64,000 nucleotides of DNA from contig CAYPGB010000011.1 in assembly GCA_964410365.1 (NCBI GenBank), forward strand, positions 1,960 through 65,959, in the 5' to 3' direction. Shown here piece after piece: positions 18,126 through 25,608 of this stretch. Every line of letters begins with the position of its first letter. Position 1 is the stretch's first letter. The notes below the pieces were generated by a model that made no database searches, had not been told where the DNA came from, and saw nothing but the letters and a program-made list of their open reading frames with translations. The translations under genes and the position numbers were made by a program. Source of the DNA: an uncultured Treponema sp. Lineage in GTDB: Bacteria; Spirochaetota; Spirochaetia; Treponematales; Treponemataceae.

Positions 18126-20906
18126 TTATAAAATGATTTCAAAAGATTTTTCAAAATTCTTTTTCATAGAATCATCTTCCGAATTAAAGAATGGAAGTCC
18201 TACAAGAATATATCCGTCTGTTTTTTCCATAATGATATGTTCTATTCCATATTTTTCTGTAATTTTTTTCAGGAAGTCTTCCTTCCATCCATCATTATCT
18301 TTACCTGCAAGATACTTGCCTTTTGGTTCTATGAAAACCTGATAGTAAGCATTTTGTCCGCTATGTTTTCCGTACAGCAGCAGAAGAAAATCCGGTTGGA
18401 AGGTGCGTCCAGTATCAAAATCAAAAATTTTATAAACTTCTTCATTTCTTAATAATTGAAATGACTCGTATTTTTCTTTTAAATTGTTTTCGTGATTTTT
18501 TATAAATTGAATAAGACTGCGTTCTTCGCTTGTACCCCAAAAAGAATCTAGCATATACCAGTCAGTGTTTTTTAATTCAATTTCAAGAATTTTATTTTCC
18601 TGAGTTTCTGACTTAGAATCATCCATAAAAATCATTTTTTCTTTTGTAAAAGTAATTTTTCCTTTTTCATCGTCCAAAGTGAAAATATCTGAGAATTTTA
18701 CAAGATGAAAATCTGTTCCGATAAAAGGCTTGTCATAGGTTTCAAGTTCTCTTTGCACATACAAAAGAAAATCTTCGCATAATGACAAGAGTTTTTTATT
18801 CGGAATGTCTTCAAATTTCGTATCACTCGTAATTGAAATTTTTATATCTTTTATAAAATCAAAAAAATCCTCAATACTTTCTATAGAAAAACGTTTTCTT
18901 AAGTTTTCAAAGCAGAAATAACTTTCAGGATTTGTGTTAAGTTTGTGAACTGCTTTTTGCCTAATATGAAATGGAATCTCAGAAAAAGATTTTTTTATTG
19001 CAGATAAAGCTTTAGATTCTGCAGCATAATGTTCATCATTTTTTTCTGTAAAATCAACAGTATGTACTTCTGAATAAATGCTTGTCAAAATTTTTGCTTC
19101 AAAAGATGGAAGATTTTTAAAATCTTCGGGAAGCGATTTTAATCTTCGTTTTGGATTTTCTTTCTTTTCATTGATAAAAAGATACATTCCTTTAAGACAT
19201 TCTTTTTTTTCGTCTTTAAGGCGGAATATTTTTTGAGTTTTGTTGTCTGAGATAAGTCCTCGGTTTTTAAGTTCCGCAGAAAGTTCAGAAATATATTTAT
19301 GGTCTTCATCAGAGTGAAAATAAAATTCTTCCAGAATGCGAAGTTCATTTTGCAAATCATCATCAAATTTACGACGGTTTTTATCTTTGTCTTTGTACGA
19401 AAACGGATAATAACGAACGCCTCGTCCAATCAATTGAACTTCGCTTGTTGTACTACTGCCAGCTTTTTTGCTATGAAAATTCATATCACGACCTTCATAA
19501 AGACGGACAATATCATAAAGATTCAAAACATCCCAACCTTCCGTCAGTCGCTGAACAGTAAAAATTGCACGGATATGATTGTTAGAATCTTCAAGGCTGT
19601 TTAACAGGCGGTCTTGTTCTGATGTAGTCCTTTCTTTTGTTTTAGTTCCGTCCTTGCTGTTTGTGATAATGACATTTCGTTCCTTAAAGTTTTCGCGGAT
19701 ATACTGTGCAGCATTTTCAAAAGAGAGATTATTTTCTTTAAGGTAAATTACTATCCGCTCAAAAATGCGTCCATTTAGACTGTAAGGTGCGTTTTCATCA
19801 GATTTTATTTTTGAAAGCTTTTTTGCAAAATTAAAATCTTCCGCCTTCACAGTTTTACACAATTCCAAAAACATTTTATAGTCAGATTTTGATTCTTCAA
19901 TTGTTTTGCTACGGAACAATATTACCGGCTTAAAATTAGCAATTTCATATTTTGTCGCGACTGAATATCTGTACCAGTTCAAAAGCAGTGCTTGCAATAT
20001 ACGTTCGCGTAATTCAAGGTTGCTACGAACAAGTCGGATATGCTTTGTGTAGCCTGCTTCAACAAAATCTTTAAGTTCAAATTTAGAAATGATTTTGTCT
20101 TCGTATTTCTCTTTTACTTCATCAGTATTTGGAATTGTCGCCGTAAATTCAAGAAGAACATTTTTGTTTGCTTCAGCTGATTTTCCATTTTTTTCAAGAA
20201 TGCAGCGGCACACGGTATGTTCCCAGGAGCGTTCAACATCTTCTTCTTTTGCGCTATCCTTTAGTTCACCAATAAAAGAAATATCATTTGTAAGCTCATT
20301 GTACCTGGATTTCTTTTTTGAGGTAGATGCATTCAGATGATGAGCCTCGTCTGCAAATAAAACAATGTTACGCTTTTGCAAGTCGGAAAGAAGCAATGCG
20401 TTTTCTCCTTCCTTGTAAATGTCATTATGCAGTTTTTGTATTGTCGTAAATTTTATCTGAATATCGTCAGTCGAAGCAGAAAACAGTTCAACTTCACGGA
20501 TATTCACAGGTGCTCCGTTTATGACAATATTTTCTGCAAAAAGATATTTGCCGTGATTTTTATCGATAAAGTTTGCCTGTGTTTTTCCAAGAATAGCGTT
20601 TTGATTTACAAAAAAAATGAAATTTCTGTACCCCTGCTTGTAATAATACAGAATAAGAGCCGCCATAAGAAGAGTTTTTCCGCTTCCTGTTGCCATGTTA
20701 AACATAAGATGATTTGGAGGAACATTTTCACCTTTCGCAATTTTTGCATGACGGATTCTTTCGTTCAGCAGGAAATTTTCTACCGCAGTTTTCTGCCAGT
20801 CATACAGCGGATATTTTAAATTATCCGTAATATATGAATAATCTTCCGACTTGATTTTTGAAACTTCATATTCAAACGCCTGTGATTTTAATGTTTCGTA
20901 AAGCAT
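18126..20906 (-). CDS. res: Type III restriction endonuclease, Res subunit
   Basis: 926 aa. SF2 helicase motif I MATGSGKT and motif II DEAHH. C-terminal PD-(D/E)xK-like QPDF...FIEPKG. Lies directly downstream of a Type III-style mod. Confidence 0.88.
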   Translation of the reverse strand: MLYETLKSQAFEYEVSKIKSEDYSYITDNLKYPLYDWQKTAVENFLLNERIRHAKIAKGENVPPNHLMFNMATGSGKTLLMAALILYYYKQGYRNFIFFVNQNAILGKTQANFIDKNHGKYLFAENIVINGAPVNIREVELFSASTDDIQIKFTTIQKLHNDIYKEGENALLLSDLQKRNIVLFADEAHHLNASTSKKKSRYNELTNDISFIGELKDSAKEEDVERSWEHTVCRCILEKNGKSAEANKNVLLEFTATIPNTDEVKEKYEDKIISKFELKDFVEAGYTKHIRLVRSNLELRERILQALLLNWYRYSVATKYEIANFKPVILFRSKTIEESKSDYKMFLELCKTVKAEDFNFAKKLSKIKSDENAPYSLNGRIFERIVIYLKENNLSFENAAQYIRENFKERNVIITNSKDGTKTKERTTSEQDRLLNSLEDSNNHIRAIFTVQRLTEGWDVLNLYDIVRLYEGRDMNFHSKKAGSSTTSEVQLIGRGVRYYPFSYKDKDKNRRKFDDDLQNELRILEEFYFHSDEDHKYISELSAELKNRGLISDNKTQKIFRLKDEKKECLKGMYLFINEKKENPKRRLKSLPEDFKNLPSFEAKILTSIYSEVHTVDFTEKNDEHYAAESKALSAIKKSFSEIPFHIRQKAVHKLNTNPESYFCFENLRKRFSIESIEDFFDFIKDIKISITSDTKFEDIPNKKLLSLCEDFLLYVQRELETYDKPFIGTDFHLVKFSDIFTLDDEKGKITFTKEKMIFMDDSKSETQENKILEIELKNTDWYMLDSFWGTSEERSLIQFIKNHENNLKEKYESFQLLRNEEVYKIFDFDTGRTFQPDFLLLLYGKHSGQNAYYQVFIEPKGKYLAGKDNDGWKEDFLKKITEKYGIEHIIMEKTDGYILVGLPFFNSEDDSMKKNFEKSFEIIL

Positions 20907-20936
20907 AATTATTTTCCATATTTAAATTTTTGTTTT

Positions 20937-21056
20937 GGGCGTGTCCCTTCGGCAGTAAAACTGCCTTCGGGTCGCTATGTTACGTGTTCCGCTCATCGCT
21001 CCAGCCTCCTCGCTCCGCTGCGGTGGCCGCTTCGCGCACTTCACAGCGCTCACGCG
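20937..21056. repeat. GC-rich island A between mod and res, homologous to island B at 30800-30905 in inverted orientation
   Basis: The core 20997-21038 has 32 G/C out of 42 nt in an otherwise AT-rich window. Its reverse complement matches 30824-30863 at 35 of 41 aligned positions. Confidence 0.8.
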
Positions 21057-22864
21057 TTTTTCAGTTGATAAAAATCTTCTGTGACGGCAATATCATTTTC
21101 TGAAAGTCCAGTATTCATATCGTGCCTGTCGTCTGCGTTTACATACAACTGATTTAAGTCCAGCATGCGGCAAAACATTTCTTTTTGCTGTTTAAGATTC
21201 AACAGTTTGAATCGTTCATTTTCAATTTCCTTGCGGAATTCTTTTATGCGAACGTTGTAATGCAAAAAATATTTAGAGCAAAGTTCATCGAACAATGCCG
21301 TAAGCTCTTCAAAGGATTCACAGGCAGAAATTTGTTCCATAGCCATTTCATTTTTTCTAGCAAGCTCAAAATAGACAAAAGAACCACCACCTTGCCAGTT
21401 TACAGATTTAGAAATGCCACCTTGCTCGCCTTCAATAACCTTTCGAAGTCTTCTTAATGATATGTCAATATGTTTATCGAGTTGCTCACATATAATAAAT
21501 TGACGTTTCATTTTTAATGCTGTGGCACCAGTTGTTCCTGTTCCGCTAAAGAAATCAAGCACTATATCATTTTCTGAAGTATGAGCCTTAATTATTCTTT
21601 CGATGAGTTTTTCTGACTTTTGCCCTTTTACTTCATCCTCCTTGTTTAACATTTTTGAAACAGTTTCCCCAGAAAAAGAAACAATCGCGATGCTATTTAA
21701 ATCATCATATTCACTTCCGTTCCAAACATCTTCTATAGGATATTGCTCTGCCATAGAATCAGCTATTGATTTGAATTCTTTTTTCTGTATGTAATACTTA
21801 TTAAAATGCAATGAATCATTATTTTTTGAATAAAAAAGAATAGTATCATGATTTCTAATCCAATTATTATCTATTGTTTTATATCCAGATAACCAGCCAA
21901 TCCGCCAAACGATTTCTCTTTGGAAATTATTCTCTCCAAAAATATTGTCAAGTAGTATTTTTGCATAATGAACTTGATGATAGTCTAGCTGTACATAAAT
22001 TGCACCATCTGATGAAAGTAATTCTTTGGCAATTTCCAACCTGTTTTTCATAAATGTTAGCCAAGAACTTTTGTTGAAACTATCGTTGTATGAAAAAGTA
22101 TCGTTTCCCGTGTTGTACGGTGGGTCAATATATATCAGCTTTATTTTTCCAGCAAATTCCTTTTTCAGCGAATGCAAGGCAAGCAGATTGTTTCCTTTTA
22201 TAATCAAATTGTCGGTGATTGTGTTTTCTGCAAGTCCGCGTTTTTTGTTCAATTCCGCATCCCTGTTCAGTTTTGTGCAGAAAGATGTATTGCCTTTTTC
22301 ATATCGTTTCGCATTGCAAAATGCCTTTGGAGAAAACAACTGGTCTATTTCATCACGGGCTAGAACTTCGTTGTAAAATATTTCGCGGCGCTTACTTTGC
22401 TTTTCTGTGTATTCTTTTTTCTTTTCATCATATTCATAATAAGTGTCTAATCCATCCTCTTTTCGTTGTCCGCCTTCAAGCACACAGTCTTTAAAAGGAA
22501 AATTCAATACAACTTCATTTCTGTCCTGCAACGAAGAGTCTCCTAGGTAAAGTCCAATTTCTTTGCCCAAATATTTTGAATAGGAATTACAGGCGGAAGA
22601 ATATTCCAGAAATTCTTTGAATTGTGTTGTGTTAAATACAAAACTATCTAAAACTGGTTTAAAGAAAGATTTTTTTGTTTGCCCATTTTTTAAAAGCGGC
22701 TCAAGAAGCTTGATGTCGCCACGTTCGGCATAGTCTTTTATAACATTGATTTTCAGGTTCTTATTTTCATCTGTGAATTCTGGTATTTCAACAAGAATTT
22801 TTTCAACCTTTGATTTTAAGGCGTTTGTTTCAGGTGTATCGATAAAAGGCATTTTGTTCTCCAT
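21050..22864 (-). CDS. mod: Type III R-M DNA methyltransferase, Mod subunit (N6-adenine, beta-class motif order)
   Basis: Motif IV YIDPPYNTGN comes before motif I DFFSGTGTTG, with a variable region between them. A second in-frame ATG at 22852 has a better SD (GGAGAA). Confidence 0.88.
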   Translation of the reverse strand: MENKMPFIDTPETNALKSKVEKILVEIPEFTDENKNLKINVIKDYAERGDIKLLEPLLKNGQTKKSFFKPVLDSFVFNTTQFKEFLEYSSACNSYSKYLGKEIGLYLGDSSLQDRNEVVLNFPFKDCVLEGGQRKEDGLDTYYEYDEKKKEYTEKQSKRREIFYNEVLARDEIDQLFSPKAFCNAKRYEKGNTSFCTKLNRDAELNKKRGLAENTITDNLIIKGNNLLALHSLKKEFAGKIKLIYIDPPYNTGNDTFSYNDSFNKSSWLTFMKNRLEIAKELLSSDGAIYVQLDYHQVHYAKILLDNIFGENNFQREIVWRIGWLSGYKTIDNNWIRNHDTILFYSKNNDSLHFNKYYIQKKEFKSIADSMAEQYPIEDVWNGSEYDDLNSIAIVSFSGETVSKMLNKEDEVKGQKSEKLIERIIKAHTSENDIVLDFFSGTGTTGATALKMKRQFIICEQLDKHIDISLRRLRKVIEGEQGGISKSVNWQGGGSFVYFELARKNEMAMEQISACESFEELTALFDELCSKYFLHYNVRIKEFRKEIENERFKLLNLKQQKEMFCRMLDLNQLYVNADDRHDMNTGLSENDIAVTEDFYQLKNA

Positions 22865-22883
22865 ATTTAATTGCTAAACGTAA

Positions 22884-22900
22884 TTTTTTATAGCAAAAAG
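22884..22900. promoter_or_regulatory. operator-like box 1: TTTTTTATAGCAAAAAG
   Basis: Exact 17-mer repeated at 22977-22993. It lies in the predicted mod 5' UTR. Confidence 0.5.
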
Positions 22901-22919
22901 ACATAAATAATCACTTTTT

Positions 22920-22948
22920 ATATAACTATCGGTTAATTTTAATCACAA
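22920..22948 (-). promoter_or_regulatory. candidate sigma70 promoter for mod
   Basis: On the minus strand: TTGTGA (22948-22943), 17-nt spacer, TTATAT (22925-22920). Confidence 0.4.
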
Positions 22949-22976
22949 CTAGAGAATTTTATTAACTTATTGTTTA

Positions 22977-22993
22977 TTTTTTATAGCAAAAAG
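22977..22993. promoter_or_regulatory. operator-like box 2: TTTTTTATAGCAAAAAG
   Basis: Second exact copy, 93 bp from box 1. It ends 6 nt before a TAAAAT -10-like hexamer (23000-23005). Confidence 0.5.
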
Positions 22994-23011
22994 CGACTGT
23001 AAAATATTTAT

Positions 23012-23335
23012 ATGACAGCAAAAGAATTAGAAATTTTATATGCAGAGAATATAAAGCGAATAAGATTATCAAAAAATCTAAGTCAAGAAAAACTTGCTGA
23101 ATTGGCAAAAGTAAGTCCACCATACATAAGTGAAATTGAAAATCAAAAGAAAATAGGAAAGTTTGAAACAATAGCAGCCATTGCAAACGCACTTGGTGTA
23201 GAACCTTACGAACTCTTTCTTCCTGCTGGCAGTGTGATAAGCCACAACGAGCGGCGTACAAAAGATTTAATGAAGCGTCTACGTACAAATTTCAGCGAAC
23301 TTGTAGATACTATGGAAGAATTTTTGAAAAATTAA
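23012..23335 (+). CDS. XRE-family helix-turn-helix regulator, controller (C) protein-like
   Basis: 107 aa. HTH LSQEKLAELAKVSPPYISEIENQKK. Divergent from mod. No SD; the ATG is 6 nt after TAAAAT. Confidence 0.8.
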   Translation: MTAKELEILYAENIKRIRLSKNLSQEKLAELAKVSPPYISEIENQKKIGKFETIAAIANALGVEPYELFLPAGSVISHNERRTKDLMKRLRTNFSELVDTMEEFLKN

Positions 23336-23392
23336 GATGGGTAAAGATTGCGTTTAAATAAAATCAAACTTCTAAAAAAATAAAAAAAATTA

Positions 23393-23421
23393 TTCCAAAA
23401 AATAGCCTTTTTTACTATACT
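23393..23421 (+). promoter_or_regulatory. candidate promoter for the purF-like gene
   Basis: TTCCAA (23393-23398), 17-nt spacer, TATACT (23416-23421). Confidence 0.35.
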
Positions 23422-23459
23422 TTCAGCATCGTTTGTATTTATTTTGGAGGCTATTTTTT

Positions 23460-24875
23460 ATGGGTGGCATTTTCGGAGTTACTTCTAAGAGTGAATGTTC
23501 TTTAGAATTATTTTTTGGTGTTGATTATCATTCTCATTTGGGTACACGACGAGGCGGACTTGCCGTTATTGGAAAAGATGGAAAAATTTTACGTTCCATA
23601 CATAATATTCAAAATTCTCCTTTCCGTACAAAATTTGAAAAAGATATTGAAGACTTAAAAGGAAATATTGGAATTGGTTGTATAAGTGATTATGAAGCTC
23701 AACCTTTATTAGTTCAATCTAAACTTGGAAGTTTTGCAATTACAACTGTAGGAATTGTTACAAATAAAGATGCACTTGTTCAAAAAGTTTTAGATGATGG
23801 TCATACTCACTTTTTGGAAATGAGCGGAGGCGAAATCAATCAAACTGAACTTATTGTCGCTCTTATCAATCAAAAATCATCAATTTTGGAAGGAATTCAA
23901 TATGTTCAGCAAGTTGTAGAAGGTTCTATGACGATGTTGATAATGACAAAAGAAGGAATTTATTGTGCAAGAGATAGATTAGGTCGAACTCCAATTCATA
24001 TTGGTCATAAAGATGGAGCGTTTTGTGCATCTTTTGAAAATTTTGCATATGTTAATTTAGGTTATAAAGATTATTATGAATTAGGTCCTTCTGAAGTTGT
24101 TTTTATGACTTCTGATGGAATAAAAATTCTTCAAGAACGTACAAAAAAAATGAAGATTTGTACTTTTTTGTGGGTTTATTACGGATATCCAACTGCGAGT
24201 TACGAAGGCGTCAATGTAGAAACTATGCGTTATAATTGTGGAAGGTATCTTGCAAAGCGTGATAAAGATTCTGTTCATCCAGATTCTGTTGCCGGTGTTC
24301 CAGATTCAGGAACCGCTCATGCTGTTGGTTATGCAAACGAGTCAGGAATTCCTTTTACAAGACCTTTTATAAAATATACTCCAACTTGGCCACGTTCTTT
24401 TATGCCAACAAGTCAGGAACAAAGAAATCTTATTGCTCATATGAAACTTATTCCAGTTCAACCTTTAATAAAAGATAAAAAAATCCTTTTAATAGATGAT
24501 TCAATTGTTAGAGGAACTCAACTTAGAGAAACAACAGATTTTCTTTACGAAAGTGGAGCAAAAGAAGTTCATATCAGACCAGCTTGTCCTCCTTTATTGT
24601 TTGGATGTAAATATTTAAATTTTAGTCGTTCTAAATCAGAAATGGATTTAATCACTCGTCGCATTATCAAAAAACTTGAAGGAAAAGATGTTGATAAAGA
24701 AACTTTACAAAAATACGCAAATCCAGACTCTCCAGAATACGAAAGAATGATAGAAGAAATTAGAAAAGAATTGCATTTTACAACGTTAAGATTTCATCGT
24801 TTAGATGATATGTTAGATTCAACTGGATTGGAACATTGTAATTTGTGTACATATTGTTGGAATGGAGAAGAATAA
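23460..24875 (+). CDS. amidophosphoribosyltransferase (PurF)-like protein lacking the N-terminal Cys nucleophile
   Basis: GGAGG SD 9 nt before ATG 23460. Starts MGGIFGV where PurF has (M)CGI/VxG. PRPP loop KKILLIDDSIVRGTQL. Cys positions resemble the B. subtilis PurF 4Fe-4S ligands (KICTF, RPACPP, CNLCTYC). Confidence 0.75.
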   Translation: MGGIFGVTSKSECSLELFFGVDYHSHLGTRRGGLAVIGKDGKILRSIHNIQNSPFRTKFEKDIEDLKGNIGIGCISDYEAQPLLVQSKLGSFAITTVGIVTNKDALVQKVLDDGHTHFLEMSGGEINQTELIVALINQKSSILEGIQYVQQVVEGSMTMLIMTKEGIYCARDRLGRTPIHIGHKDGAFCASFENFAYVNLGYKDYYELGPSEVVFMTSDGIKILQERTKKMKICTFLWVYYGYPTASYEGVNVETMRYNCGRYLAKRDKDSVHPDSVAGVPDSGTAHAVGYANESGIPFTRPFIKYTPTWPRSFMPTSQEQRNLIAHMKLIPVQPLIKDKKILLIDDSIVRGTQLRETTDFLYESGAKEVHIRPACPPLLFGCKYLNFSRSKSEMDLITRRIIKKLEGKDVDKETLQKYANPDSPEYERMIEEIRKELHFTTLRFHRLDDMLDSTGLEHCNLCTYCWNGEE

Positions 24876-24878
24876 ATT

Positions 24879-25607
24879 ATGTATTATGATTACTCTTATC
24901 TTTTATTTATTTTACCAGCGTTATTGTTGAGTTTTTGGGCTCAATGGTTAGTAAAAAGTCGATTTTCTAAGTACAACAAAGTGATATGCAAAAAAAATAT
25001 TACTGGTGAACAAGCGGCAAAATATCTTTTAAAAGTTAATGGAATAACTGATGTAAAAATTGCTCATATCAATGGGCAACTTACAGATAATTATAATCCT
25101 TCCACCAAAATTTTGAGTCTTAGTGAGTCAACATTTAACAGTAATTCTATTGCTGCAATTGGAGTTGCCGCTCACGAAACAGGACACGCAATTCAGCATG
25201 CAAAAAATTATTGGCCTTTAAATTTTAGAAGAATTCTTGTTCCTTTCGCAAATTTTGGTTCACGTTTTGGTCCGATTTTAGTTTTAATTGGTTTAGGAAT
25301 TGAAGTTGGAAGTTCTGTTGGTGAAAAAGCAGGTTATAATTCTTTTGCAGAAATTTTAACTTTAGCAGGAATTTTTTTATTTAGTTTAGCAGTTTTATTT
25401 TATCTAATCACACTTCCAGTTGAATTTAATGCATCTAATCGTGCGTTAAAAATTCTTAAAAATGCAAATGTGATGGATAAAGAAGAATTGTCTGGAACAA
25501 AAAAAGTTTTAAGTGCGGCTGCTATGACTTATGTAGCTTCTGCTTTAACGGCTTTGGGACAATTATTCAGATTGTTGTTGATGTCTAATCGTCGCCGCCG
25601 CCGTTAA
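24879..25607 (+). CDS. membrane-associated zinc metallopeptidase (putative neutral zinc metallopeptidase family)
   Basis: HETGHAIQH zinc motif, flanking TM helices, C-terminal RRRRR. Confidence 0.75.
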   Translation: MYYDYSYLLFILPALLLSFWAQWLVKSRFSKYNKVICKKNITGEQAAKYLLKVNGITDVKIAHINGQLTDNYNPSTKILSLSESTFNSNSIAAIGVAAHETGHAIQHAKNYWPLNFRRILVPFANFGSRFGPILVLIGLGIEVGSSVGEKAGYNSFAEILTLAGIFLFSLAVLFYLITLPVEFNASNRALKILKNANVMDKEELSGTKKVLSAAAMTYVASALTALGQLFRLLLMSNRRRRR

Positions 25608-25608
25608 A

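Noticed and set aside
20376-20819. 147-aa plus-strand ORF inside res
   Set aside because: It is antisense to a well-supported helicase-domain coding region. It has low-complexity, Phe/Cys-rich composition typical of antisense frames in AT-rich DNA.
21050-22864. Phase-variable simple-sequence repeats in the Type III mod or res genes
   Set aside because: I scanned both genes and the promoter region. No long homopolymer or tetra- or pentanucleotide repeat tract was seen.
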